Notes: generated from the sequence alone by a model not told the origin. DNA of 64,000 nucleotides from Camelus ferus (GCF_009834535.1 NC_045696.1:14758001-14822000); one strand, 5' to 3'. Counted from the stretch's first letter, positions 49,901-63,170 are shown. A program made the numbers and translations.

Positions 49901-51221
49901 GAAGTAAGAGAGCATTTTGTCCTTAGAAAAAATAAATCACATAGAGGCAATCTACAAATTAAAAAAAAATACACAAAACAAAAATGGTAATCTACAGCAT
50001 CATGGAAGAAAACTTTCCACATTGGAAAGGGAACCAACTAGAATACGGAAACAAACATAAAACACAGCATGGTAAAACTGGTAAATCTCAGTGAGAAGGA
50101 AATGATCAAATACCTCAACAAAAAATTGTTCCCAAATGAGCTGAGATTAGACACTACACAATATATATTTTCCACAGTTGACCTTACTCAGTTTCAACCC
50201 TCACTATTATTAAACTGTAAGAGAAGTCCTATCACCTCCACTTGATGCTTGAGGAAATTGAAGCTGCAAAGGATGTAAACAATACAACTGCTAGAGTTAC
50301 CAAGCTTCCATTTGAACCTACGCCCCTCAAAAACAAAGTCGGCATGTCTTCAGTTGTCCCATTTAAAGAAGCAAAATGAAAGGGCGGCTGCCCAGAAGTT
50401 TGAATAAAAGTGGAACTCTGTTACAACACTGTTGCTGTTGATGTGAATTTTCAAGGACCATGGAAACTAAATACTCATTATACAGATAAGGAAATAGGAG
50501 CACTGTCCTCTCCTCTCCCCACTGAGTGACTTTCCACTAACATGAGCCAAAGCTGGGTTTTCCCCAGCCCACGCTCAGCAAACGAACAGTGTCCTAAAGT
50601 GAAAGAGACTCCCCTCTGTGTTCCTGGTAATAGATACACCTAACAGACAGGTAAATATTCATAAGCTTTTCTACAACTAATAAAAGGATATATTCAGTCC
50701 TATTAAAACAAGTTAAAACATGGCAGTGGAAAGATATTTTAGCGAAACTATTTCTAACTATTTCCAACTGCCAAACCACTAGCTTCCTTTAATTTGGGCT
50801 TGCCCTTGTTAATGCACAACATTCTTAGTGGTTGGAAAATCATCAAAGAGAAACCAAGAGAGAAAAAATAAATAAAGCAAAACACTTTTTAAAATTTTCT
50901 TTAATGCCAAAGCATATGAAAAACATAGAGTAAGTTCTGCAAATGAATCTGCTTTGGCACAAACGGGGATAAGATATTTTATTCTTTCTCTTTCCCAAGT
51001 CTACCAGGTACATCACCACATTGGCTCGGGAAGGAAAGTCTTAGCATCGGATGCAAAATAGTTTGCTTGTTGTGGTGAGTTACCCACTGCTGACACTGAC
51101 ATTGAATGAGGTTTTTTCCCCCCAGAATTACCACTCTGATTAAGCAAACATTGTACACAGACTGTTCATCAAAACACAAACAAAAACCAAACAACAACTT
51201 TATTCAACAATAATTGTATAT

Positions 51222-51750
51222 ATTGTGGCTTGAATTTGTGTATCTCGTCTGCCCCAACCGATGGATATGTCAAAGTCCTAATCCCTAGTACCTCACAATG
51301 TGACTTTATTTAGAAATATGCTTTGCAGATGTAATTTATTGAGTGAAGGTGAAGTCATAGAGGAGTAGGGTGGTCCTCTAATCCAATACAACAAGTGTTC
51401 TGTTAAAAGGGGACATTTGGAGACAGAATTTAAACTGTCCAGAAGTTTGGACCCCCAGGGAGAGCATCCTGTGAAGATTAAGTCAGAGATCAGAGTGATA
51501 CAGCAGAAACCAGGGAATGCTGAAGACGGCCAGCAGGCATCCAGAACCTGGAGAGAGGCACAGAACTGATTGTTCCACGTAGCCCTCAGAAAGGAACAAT
51601 TCTGGATATCTTGAGCTTGGACTCCTAGCCTTTAGAACTTGAAATAATATATTTCTTTCTTTTTTTTTTTTTGACAACATATTTCTATTGTGTCAGCCAC
51701 ACAGTTTGTGGTACTTTGTTTTGGCAGGTCTACAATATAGTATGTAATAC
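51222..51750 (+). mobile_element. MaLR LTR MLT1C-like
   Basis: gatatgtcaaagtcctaatccctagtacctcacaatgtgactttattt...ggagagaggcacagaactgattgttcc...cagtttgtggtactttgtt...taatac. Confidence 0.88.
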
Positions 51751-52555
51751 ACCATCCCTTGGGGGGACGCTTATACAAAGATGATTGATATATGTAAGCA
51801 ACAGACCACAATACAGGTGTAAACAAGATACATACTCCCTGGGAGGAAAAAAGAGAGGGAAAACCCAGAGGAAGTCACAGAAGCCAGGAGCTGTGCCTTT
51901 TAGGCACAGGCTGGACTTGGGAGCACAGGCATCGCCGATCACTTTAAAGATCAGGCTGTTCAGGTTTTGGGCACTATAGCCTCGGTGAACAGAGCCAAAC
52001 AGCTTTTCAGGGGCCCATAGGAATAGTTGAGGTGGTAAAAAACAAAGTGAAACAAAACCATCCTCAATCTATTCAAGTACCATCACAAAATAGAAATTAA
52101 AAAAATTTTAATTAAATATCCACATAAATAGCACGTGAACTTGATTAAGAAGGTAATATTGAAAAGAAGTTTATAATATTTGAAAAGTATTTAAAGGTTA
52201 GCTTATGTTTAATTTGGCATGAACTTTCAAGACGGCATGATAATCTTCCAGAAATAAAAGCCAAGCATAAATTAACATAGTTCAAATAGCAACTTCAAAA
52301 GAAAAAAGATATACAAAATTCTGTCAGTATTTTAAAGCATACACTGATATTTAACTTGAGATGTGGCTATGTTTTTATATGTGCATATATGATATTACAA
52401 AAGATCTCCAGGTGTTACAATGCCTAGAGTATGATGGCTTTTACAATGCAGCTTATTGGGGTCAAATGGAATATTTGGCAATGAACCTGTGATTAGTCAT
52501 CTCATAGGTTTGTGAAAATCAAATTTAATTTATTTAATTTAAAAATGCTAACACT

Positions 52556-52708
52556 AGCTATCTAGATTGTGCTGGTGGTTTCATAGGTCTAAATACATTT
52601 ATCAAAATTCATCAAATTGTACATCTGAAATATATATAGTTTACTGTTTACACCCCAATAAAGGTGTTAAACAAATAATCCAGATGTTCCAATTAAAAAA
52701 TAAATAAA
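52556..52708 (+). mobile_element. TSD-flanked polyadenylated retro-insertion containing an old L1M 3' tip plus unique sequence
   Basis: Perfect 16-bp TSD taaaaatgctaacact at 52540-52555 and 52709-52724; AATAAA at 52657-52662; A-rich tail 52691-52708. Confidence 0.8.
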
Positions 52709-54980
52709 TAAAAATGCTAACACTTACTAGCAAATAAATTATTAGCAAACCATAAATTGTTCACTTTAGCCTATATAAGAATTTTAATATTTTCAATTCA
52801 AAAGAGACTGAAAACATGAAACATTTGCATAAATTTTAAGTAAAAAAATGAAAATTTTCGTAGTTTTTTTTTTAATATTCAAAAAGGGAAGCACCTCAAT
52901 AGCTCTACAGATTTTGAGTCAATGTGACATGTGGCTAAAATCGGAAATCAAGATTTGTTTCCTAGAGTGATTTTCAATGAAAAAACTGTAGACAAAATTA
53001 ACAGAAAAGCCAAGAGATATCGCAAACTATTTCAGATGAGTGAACTTCATGTTCCTTGAATGTTTCGTGTTACTAATATTTTCATCAAATCAAGTATTTT
53101 GACCTGAAGAATGTTGTTTCTGTCTTCTTTCCCAAAGTGTTTGCTTAGATTAAAATAATGCTGATTATGAGTATTTTGAATTGAAAAAAATGTGTCTCTG
53201 ATATTTGGATTGGCTCTCAATTCCCATTTCATCTGCCTTGTATTTGAAGAGGCTAGAAGGATTAAACCATGTTTCCAAGACTTCTCTGAAGTCTGGGTAT
53301 TGAAAGTGAATTAGGGTCATAGAACCAGAGGCATTCAAGCACAACTGAAAGGCAAATATGAGTTATAGACAATCACCCTGTAATTTCTTAACATTGATGC
53401 TGCTCGGCAAGGTTGAGGAGGTAATAGGATTTATTCTTCAGAAACCCTGAGTGTCAAGATAAAGAGACTATTGATGTGGCTCCCTTACTTTTAACATGAG
53501 GCTTTGGAAATCCCTTTTTTCAGGTTTCTGATGTTAAAGACAGTGTGACTTCAGTGGTGGCCACAGACAAATAATTCTCCTTTTGGATTACTTTAGAACT
53601 TGTTCCTTGGACACTTTCAATTACTATACATCTGCATTATACAGAGTACCTACATTATGTCCCTCTTTCCTTAAAATATCTAACATGGTTTATATTTTCT
53701 AAACTGAATCCTTACTGACACATAAGTTTAAATCAAACTACATCAATCAGGATGTTAAAAGGTTGAGAAATATAGTCTCCATATTTAATGGAACAACCTT
53801 CTGAATGAGTTTAAAAGGTGACATGAGCTGAGAGTGCTTGATTTTGGACCATCTGGTCTGTGATGTGAAAATCATGGATAAATCTTTAAAGATAATGATG
53901 AGTCAAAAATGATGGCACGTGATAAACGAAAAATATTTTCTAAAGACTTAAAGAGTTATTAAAAATCTATTTTCATATTGATTTAATATATCTTCCAGAA
54001 AATTATCAAGGCATTACTTACAGAGTCATGGGATTTCAGTCTTTGTGTGGGAGAGTAAAGCAGAGCAGGGAAAAGAGGAAGAAGAGTACATTTCTACCAT
54101 ACTTTTTTCTGTTAAGAAAAAAAAAAACATTAAGAAGGATCTCTTGTGACAAGAGTTCCAATTCAATTTCAGGAACTGAAAAATTCAGTAATTCTGCATG
54201 ACCCTCTCTTCACATATGCAACTCAGTACAGTGTAAATGCTCAAAAATAATGATTCTTAGATGTCAATAACATGCAATAAACCAGCAAATGCTAATGTTG
54301 GTGGTTGACCCTAATGATCAACTTGCTCAAGTCCCTTATTTAGGACAGAAGCACAAAGAATCTGAGATTCTTGGTCAAGACCAGAGATCTATTTAGATTC
54401 TAAGACCAGACTAGAATCTTGATTTCATTCTATTAGTCACATTATTTTCTATGGTCAGTGGGATCTGTTTAATTAATTAGAAAGATCCTTTCACGAATGA
54501 GCCTAGGTACTCAGTATAACATTTAGAGGCACAGCGATCTTTCCAGCATCTGGAAAACAATGAGTAAATATGAATGTAGGGAAAGGAAACTTCCACATAG
54601 ATGACTTGGAAAAAAAATCAAAACTGTGGTTGCCTTTGTGCTGCATAAGCCCTTCTGTGATTATGTTTAACTCACTTCCAAGTTCAGGAGCTCTCTTAGT
54701 GTTCCCCAGTGAGTATATTCTTGAGTCACTCTTACCTGGAGCTCAGCACCTGAGTTTCCCCATGGGCTAAAGAAAATAATTTTATTGCTGTCTTTCTCCC
54801 TTACCAAGTCTAAAGAATACTTCTCTAGTGCTTGTTCTGATTCAAATCTGGGTGTTTTCCAAGATGACTGGGGTTGAGAAAATTCCAATTCTTTTCATGG
54901 AAAATAGCCCCCTCTACTTACAGAAGTTGGCCTTGTCTTTGGACTTTATGAATATAATCCATCGGAACACATGAGTTCTA

Positions 54981-55112
54981 GGGGGAGGGTATAGCTCAGT
55001 GGTAGAGCATGTGCTTAGCATGTAAGAGGTCCTTGGTTCAATCCCCAGTACCTCCGTTAAAAAAAATTAGATAAACCTAATTACCTAACACCCCCTAAAA
55101 AAGCTTAAAAAA
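54981..55112 (+). mobile_element. tRNA-Ala(AGC)-derived SINE (camelid Vic-1-like), full length
   Basis: GGGGGAGGGTATAGCTCAGTGGTAGAGCATGTGCTTAGCATG...GGTTCAATCCCCAGTACCTCC with A and B boxes, then aaacctaattacct..cccc and A tail; 16-bp TSD gaacacatg(ag/ga)ttcta at 54965-54980 and 55113-55128. Confidence 0.92.
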
Positions 55113-55949
55113 GAACACATGGATTCTATATATCACTACATTTATCCATATCTGAATTATTCCAAATAAAAATAACTCCATGAGTGGATGTTTAATTGTA
55201 GATTCTACAGTAGATATCAGGGATCTCAGGCTAGTCAACTTTAAGGTGCCTCAGCTGGCATGGGATCCACATACATCACAACACTGTTGCTTTCAATATC
55301 TTGAGCAAACACCAGAACAAGACCACACACACAATACACTTGCCAAGAAACAATAAATATGATTAACAGAAGTACAGTCCAAATCCATATTTATAAAAGA
55401 AACTTTTTTAAGTGGGATACTAATCTTCAGACATAATGAATGAAGTCTTTTACATTATTTGGGAGCATGGTTTAGTTTCCTGGAGCCAGAATGTCTGGAG
55501 AATCAACATCCCAGAATGGGAACTTTTCCTAAACGTTGCATAATTGGAAGCCCATTAAAGTGATTATCTGCAAACAATAAACTTCCCTTCTCGGGAGGTA
55601 AATTCAAGTCTTAAACCCAAAAATCATAAACCCAGTTTATAGCTTTCAAATATTAAGTATTTTCTCTTCTCCAATCATCATTTTTTTTTTAAACCGTGGT
55701 ATCTAGAATCAGGTGTTGCATTCAGAAACTTTAAACTTTTGGAGATGGTAAAGTATTGCAAAAGAACAACCAGGCCGAAGGGAAAGGATCAGTCATAAGA
55801 CTGAGACAGCAGAAGTAAAATGAATTGACCTGGTGATGGTTAAGCCCTCCTAGTTTTTCAGTCATGGTTTAGTTTTCATTTAGAGCCTGTGATTTGCATA
55901 TTTGGGAAATTCCAATTGTCATATCTTCTTATTTAGTGTGTCTTCTCGT

Positions 55950-56445
55950 GTCCTGCTTTAGTCTGCTAGGGCTGCCATTGCAAAGTACCATGGATTAGGT
56001 GGCTTAAAACAGAAATTTGTCTTCTCCCAATTCTGGAGGCTGGAAGCCTATGATCAAAGTGTTGGAGGAGCTGATTCTCTGAGGCCACTCTTAGGACTTG
56101 TTGGCTTGCAGATGCTACCTTCTCTCTGTCTTCACGTGGTCTTTCCTTTGTGCCTGTGTGTCTCTATCCTAATCACCTCTTTATAGAGACACTAGTCATG
56201 TTGGCTTAGAACTCACACTAATTATATTATTTCAATTAAATACCTCTTTAAATATTATCGTTTTAAAATTTATTTACAAAACAGAAACAGACTCATAGAC
56301 ATAGAAAACAAACTTACAGTTACTGGGGGAAATAGGGTGGGAAGGGATAAATTGGGATTTTGAAATTTGTGGATGATAAATACTGTCTTAAATACAGTCA
56401 CATTCCAGGTACTCTACTATGTGAGAAACATTTCAACTCAAAACA
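55950..56445 (-). mobile_element. MaLR LTR MLT1A/B-like, interrupted
   Basis: ttagtctgctagggctgccattgcaaagtaccatggattaggtggcttaaaacagaaattt...ttctggaggctggaag...aaatacagtcacattc. Confidence 0.88.
56268..56384 (+). mobile_element. Internal L1 3' UTR fragment lacking a poly(A) tail
   Basis: ttacaaaacagaaacagactcatagacatagaaaacaaactta...gggaagggataaattggga, homologous to 26600-26715. Confidence 0.85.
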
Positions 56446-56739
56446 TGTTCCCCGTTCTAGTTTGATCCTTACCCTTCTAGCTTCCCAGGAAATGTCTGCT
56501 CTCTGTTAGCCAAATCAATGCAGGCATTGAAATGAATATTGTGATGTATCTTCTCCCAGTTTATGCAATATAAATACTTAAAACTTTATATAATGTTTTA
56601 TAATCTGTTTTGTGTCTTGTGGTCTTTTCTTTCAAAAATGAATTATGAGAATACCAAATATCAGGAAATATTGCTCAGGAAATTGGAGTATAATGGGTAT
56701 ATATATAATCTACTGCATGAAATCAATGCATTGAACATT

Positions 56740-57200
56740 TTTATTACCCCTTATTTTGAACACCTAGGATGTACATAATATTTTCTACTATTACACATAA
56801 TAACATATTAAATACACTTATACAGAAATATTTGTGAGCACATTTAATTATCCTATAAGATAATTTCCTAGAGAGACAAATCACTGTTTCTAGGTGTGTG
56901 AACATTTCTGAGGCATTTAAGATTTTCTTCCAAACTGCTTTTTGGAAAGAAGTTACTGTACAGATCACATCACAGTAAACCACCAGTAACAAAAATAAAT
57001 AACATCAGTTATTTTCATAGTGATATACAAAAGTGACTACTGTTGTTCAAATTGCATTTCTTCATTTAGTTAATGATACTTCAGCCTTTTAGTTAGTTTT
57101 TCACCTACACATATCCTTTGTCAATTTTCCTATTGATGTATTTGTGTTTATCTAATTGATCTGTCCAAGTTAACATAAAGGTCAGTTTGATTATGGTGGC
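56740..57200 (-). mobile_element. Decayed L1ME-like fragment
   Basis: atcctataagataatttcctagagag...tgtgaacatttctgaggc...ccaaactgctttttggaaagaagttact...ttgcatttcttcatttagttaatga. Confidence 0.6.
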
Positions 57201-57559
57201 TTGTCCACATTTTCACTTCAATAATGGAAATTTCCCTACTTGAATTATACATATTTTGTCTTTCAGGCAACTGCATCATAGACTATTTGAAATATTTTCT
57301 GTAATGGAAAAGAAGTGCCTAAATGTAGAATCCATGTACCTATGTTATGTATTTGTGTGAGTAAGAAAAACAAAATTCAGATAGTTGAATGAAGTGTGTG
57401 TCTTTATGATTTGCTTTATTTATTTTAGTATAAAATAAATGCAATTTGATCATTTTATTTTTCTTCTCCTTTGCTTTATATCAGGGAACTCTGCATTTCT
57501 TTTAAGAATAATACAAGAATGGAGTTGCTTTATCATCATCCTCCTAAATGATGGTAGGT

Positions 57560-58105
57560 CCACTCCCACTGTCATGAGAGAGCTCCTTTATGGGATGCTC
57601 ATGTCTGGATAGTATCAGGGCAAAGGAAACACCATATAAAGATTAGCTAAGGGAACTAACAATGTATATCTTGAAGGGGAAAAAAGGTGTGTTTCATGGG
57701 TTGGAGGCTCCAAAAATTGTGTAGAAAAGTTGGTGGAGACAATAGAGTTGTGGAAGAAGGTGATGGTCTTTAATATTGGAAGGATTGTTTTTTGGATGAC
57801 TGGTGAAGCTTATGCTAAATGATTGCATAACTGCTGATAAGAGTACCACAACCATCAGTAAAAAGTAAAGGAAGGTAGGAACTGGTTCTATAAAAGATAA
57901 TCCTTTTAAAATGAGAGCTTTTAAAATAATAGAGTGTAAGGACTTCCTTGTGATGTAATGAAACACCTATCACTGGAAAATGCAAATTGTAGCTCTATTG
58001 TAGTCTGTCAAGGGATATTTCAGAAGATATGCTTATAGTCCATTGTATTGGCTAAAATCAGGACAAATGGCTATTAAGCTCTCCTGCAGTTTATTGATTT
58101 TCATC
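57560..58105 (+). mobile_element. CR1/L3 LINE 3' region
   Basis: ggttctataaaagataatccttttaaaatgagagc...cacctatcactggaaaatgc...ctgtcaagggatatttcagaag...ggacaaatggctattaagctctcctgcag aligns by eye with the L3 3' end. Confidence 0.6.
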
Positions 58106-59559
58106 ATCCTCAGATAATTTGGTTATGTTTTACTATAGTTTCATGAAGAATAACAGGAATTATCTTATTTATTGTCACATGTTAAAATATAGAATTAGTG
58201 CCAAAATAAATTTTATAATATGATTAGATGCACTTTCCTTTTTGTAATTACTGAGATCTTGGTGACGTATTTTCATTAAACCTGAGGATATTGATTTAAT
58301 TGAAGATAAGGTAATTATTATATTAAATTCAAAAGAAGCACGTAAAACTGACTTTTGTAAAATAAATGTTTGAAGGGTGCTTTTAATGGTGAAATTTTAT
58401 TACAAATAATATATATATATGTAATAAGGTTGAAAAAACGGGATAATATTGAATCTGTGTGTGGCTCCAAGGAAAAATAATTGTTACAAAAATAATGTGT
58501 TGTAAATACCAAGTTATTTCATTTTGTTCTCTCTTCCAAACCTGTCCCCCAAGCCTTCCACATGCACATGGAAAGCTGAGTCATGTGTCCCAAGTATTCC
58601 ACGACAGCAGAGGACAAGTAATGACTGACTTTGACAAACAAACAACTGAAAAACAATCAGGCTTGAAAATTCAGGTATGGTAGATAGAAACCTTTTTCTA
58701 AATTTCTTTGAAATACTGAGAACTAAGTCTAGAAGTTACAGGTCATGTGTGTATAGCTGTATTTCCTAGTGTGAGGAAGATGCTGCTTCTATAATGATGT
58801 TAAAAATAATTTTGCAGAATGAACTTCATATTGGTTTGTTCATATCAATAATACTGTAACATAAATCTAAAAAATCATTTCAATTTTCATATTAATATGA
58901 GATACTTTTTAACATTGCTGTTATAATTAGTAAATATCCATCCATTTAAGTAAATGTTCAAAACAATCATTTAATTTTGATATGTTTATTATAGCACTAC
59001 TATTTAAAATTTCATTTTTTGAAGTAAATGTTTCTTTCTTGTTGTAATGAGGGGAGGTGACAACTTGGTAAAGATGTAAAGTCCAAATCTTCACTCAAGT
59101 GTAAAAGAACATACTACTCAATCACTTTCTTAATATCAACTTCAAAGTTTTTCTAAGCCAGCCACCTCCAAGCTTTATTGAAGTAGCTTCTTCACTTAAA
59201 ATTTTGTGACAGCACTATAATCATAGAAATTTGTAGCTAAAATAACTTGGATATAATCTAAGCCATCTAGATGGAGTAGAATTCTTGAAAAAAAAAAAAC
59301 TTATACCAATATAAGGAGATGAGAAAGAAGGTAAATTTTGTACAATCTCAAGAAGTGAGTTTCAAAAGAGTTATCAGGGAAGATCTCAAAGAGTAAGAGC
59401 CTCGGTAGGAAATTAGTTTAATGAATGAAATAACAGAAATGGAACTATAATTTAGTGTGGTAGAAGTTATTGTAAGCTGAATTGTCTTTTCCTCTATCTC
59501 CTGCTCCTCCTTCTCTAAGAACTACCAAATAATGTTTTAGAATTTGTTTACTATTAGCA

Positions 59560-62500
59560 TATTTAATATTAAAATATTTTATATATGTCACCAATGTATT
59601 GCCTTGTGCTTTTCTTTGGAGGAAGGTTGTTAATAACAAATTCAATTGAGTTAATAGATATAAATATAGAACTATTTGGACTTTCTATTTTTTCCTATGT
59701 CAGTTTTGTTGTGTTTTATTTCACAAAAAAAAAAAAAAATGTGTCCATATCATCAGAGTCTTTAACTTCGTTGGAATAAAGTTGTTCATAAACATTCTCT
59801 TATTATACATGTATTGTCAATAGAGTTTGTAATGATATACTTTATATCATTTCTGATATTAGTAATTTTCTATTTTCTGACATTCTTTTTCCTTGACCAG
59901 CTTGTTTTCTACTGTTAGGAAAAAATCTACTTATTGTCATTATCTGTGACCTTTATTATTATTTTCTTTTACTTGATTTGTGTATAAATTGCTCATCTTC
60001 TTCTAGTTGTACAAGATGGAAAACCTATCACTGATTTCAAATCTTCCTTCTTTTCTTAAAACATTTACAATTATGAATTTCCACTAAGTACAATTTTAGC
60101 TGCTTTCCACAAATTTTGACAAACTGTATTGTATTTATAATTAACTTCAGAACACTTTATAATTTTCTTGTGATTTCTTTTTTATTTATTTAATTTCCAA
60201 AAATTTTGGACTAGTTGGGCTAAAATTATAATAGATATCAAATTTAATTTAATGGTTATCAAAAATACTCTGTAGGATTTCAGTCTTGTACTACAGGTAT
60301 ATAAATAAGTATCTTTCATTTATCACAAGCTATTTACAGTTAGTATTGTACAACTTAATGTGAAATGTGAGAATGTTGAAATAATGTTACATATACATCT
60401 CCATTCTACATATTTATGGTCATAAGTTTTAAATCTAATTATTTTATAATCTCACAATTCAATGTTTTATTTTAATGTTAGGTCATTGATTTTCATTTTA
60501 AAGACATTAAGAGAAATAATATAGTCTTTTTATGTATCTACAACTCTCATTGCTGGTGATCTTTGGTCTTTTCTGTAGTTCTGTTTTTCCACCTGGTGTT
60601 ATTTTACTTGTCTGAAGAATTCCTTTTAGCATTTCTTATAGTACAAGATTTGAGAACTTAAAAATCTTCTCAATTTTAGTTGCCTAAAAATATGTTTATT
60701 TGGCTATTGTAAGTTATTTTGATTGGATATAAAAATCTGGGTTGAAAATTTTGTTCCTGTTTTTATTAATTTAAATATAATTTAAATTTTGTCTTCTTAC
60801 GTTCATTGTTTCTATGTGAAGTCAACCATTACCTATTTCTTTGTAAATATGTGCCTTTTTTCCTATGGCTGTTTAATATATACATCCATAAGTGACCTCT
60901 GGTTTCTATTAGTTTGGCTATGAGGCATCTAGGTAGAGGCTTCATTGTTCTTGTCCTCCTTGGAGTTTACTAAGCATCTTGTATCTGTAGGTCAGTGTTT
61001 TTCTCCAAACCCTGGACAGTTTTGGCCACTACATCTTTAAATATCTTCTCTATTTTCTCCTCTTTTTCTGGGAACATGTATGTCAGACAGTTTGATATTG
61101 TTTGACAAGTTCCTGAGGATATATTTTAATATTTTTTTCTTGGTTTTTAAAATTGAGTAATTTCTATTGATCTTTTTAAAATTCATTAGCCCTTTATTCT
61201 ACTATCTCTAATCTATTGTAAAGCTCATATATATAAATGGATTTTACTTTTTAAAGCAGTTTTAGATTTACAGAAATAAATTTAGAATATGGTACAGAGA
61301 GTTCCCATATACCTTTTTACACAGTTTCTGCTATTATTTACATATTATATTAGTATGGAACATTTATTATATTTAGTGAACTAATATTGATACATTATTA
61401 TTAATGAAAATCCATACTTTATTCAGATTTTCTTAGTTTTCACCTAATGTCCTTTTTATATTCCAAGATCCCATCTAGGCTACAACATTACATGTAGTTG
61501 TCATGTCTTATTGGAATTCTCTGGACTGTTATAGTTTCTCAGACTCTTTGTTTTCGTTGTTCCTGACAGTTTTGAAAACTGATTAAGAATATTGAAGCAT
61601 GTTCCACTCTTGAAATTTCTCTCAGGTTTTTTTCATGATTAGACTGAGGTTATGAGTTTTGGGAAAGAAAATTACAGGGGTCAAGTGCTATTTTTGTCAT
61701 ATTTTTGTCATATAACATCAAGACTGTATGATCAACAAGATTTGTAGGTGTTACTGTTGCTCTCAATCACCTGGCACCTGCCTGAAGTGACATTTTTCAG
61801 TTTTCTCCACTGGTGAGGTGAGAGAAATTTCATTCCACTTCCATACTGTATTCTTCAAAGGAAATCTCTATGTGCAGCCCACACTATAGGAGAGTAGAGG
61901 CACGTGACTCCTCCTAAAGGTGGAGTATCTACATGAATTATTTGGAATTCTTCTGCTTACTGGATTAGTCAAGTTTCTCTCATGTGTTAATTTATTTTAT
62001 CATTTATTTATATCAGTGTGAACTTTTGGATATGTATATCATACTTTAGATTATAAGCTAATCTACTTTATTTTCTGCCCAAATCATTCTAGCTTTAGGC
62101 ATTGGAAGCTCTTGTAGTTGATTACCCAATGTATTTATTTTTTCATTGTGTATATTTCCCTTTTCAGTACCTTGAAGTCTGATTCTCCTTTGAGATTCCT
62201 TCTTTGTTAAACAATTATGACCATTCCTTTCCTTACGTCTTGACATACTTGTATAATAGTTGCTTTAAATTGCCTGTCATCTAATTCTAACATCTGCATC
62301 ATTTCATGACCCCTTTGTATTGACTGACTCATCTCTGGATTAAGTGTCACCTTCCCATTCTTTGCATATCCAGATTTTTTTATAGTGTAGAAGATATTTT
62401 GTGGAGACTCTTGGTTCTGTTATTTACTTCTGAAAACTGTTAACTTTTGTTGCAGTTTGTCATTTAAATTACTTTCTGGTTAGTAAGAGACTAGTCACCC

Positions 62501-63170
62501 TTCCTTTGAAGGCTTGGCTTTATATTTTGTTAAAGTCTATCTCTTTCAAGTTTACCCCATGTCTCTTAATTTTGGCACATAGTATTTTTTCTACCTTCTG
62601 GAACTTTAATGAAAAGGCTGAGATCTTACCAAGATCTTCTAACTTAGCAGGACTCAAACGTGAGACTTTAACTCTCTTCAGTGGGCAACAAAAGAAAGTT
62701 CTGTATTGCATTTTCACTTTCTAGCTTTGGTTATTGCTGATTAATTCAATTATTACTGGATTTCCTTGCACACATTCAGTCAAGGGTCAGTCAAGTCTTT
62801 GAGAAGGGTTTATACGTAGATTTTCAGGCTTCCCTGTCCTGCGACTAACCTCCTTTCTGGGATTTATTCTCTCAATTTGAAGTTACTCTAGCCCCAAATC
62901 TGTCTCCTGATACCTCAATTGAAAATAACAGTGGCTGGTGCTGTTTGGACCTTGGGATGCCCTCAGGGGAAAGGATGTATAAATGAGAATTTCAACTTTG
63001 CACTCCCTTTTTTCACAGACCAAGCCCCATCCATTCTTTACCCACTCTTGTTTAGTCTCCAGGGCCTTCATATATCACTTTATGTTACATTTATGAAAAA
63101 GTTTTAAATTACCTGCCTACAGAGTAGTGACACAAGTTACTCTGCAATTTTTGTAATCAGAACTATAACT
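59560..63170 (-). mobile_element. Ancient L1 (L1M4/L1MC/L1ME-like) spanning ORF2 5' part, ORF1 and 5' region, interrupted
   Basis: T-rich strand with L1 remnants: atgaatttccactaagtacaattttagctgctttccacaaattttgac; gaagaattccttttagcatttcttatagtaca; gattggatataaaaatctgggttga. Confidence 0.75.
61245..62135 (-). mobile_element. L1MD-like 3' end nested in the older L1
   Basis: aagcagttttagatttacagaaa...gtacagagagttcccatata...ggagtatctacatgaattatttggaattcttctg...ctagctttaggcattggaagctctt. Confidence 0.82.

Noticed and set aside
54981..55055. tRNA-Ala(AGC) gene
   Set aside because: Has extra 5' bases, stem mismatches, a SINE-specific tail, an A-rich end and a 16-bp TSD, so it is a SINE.
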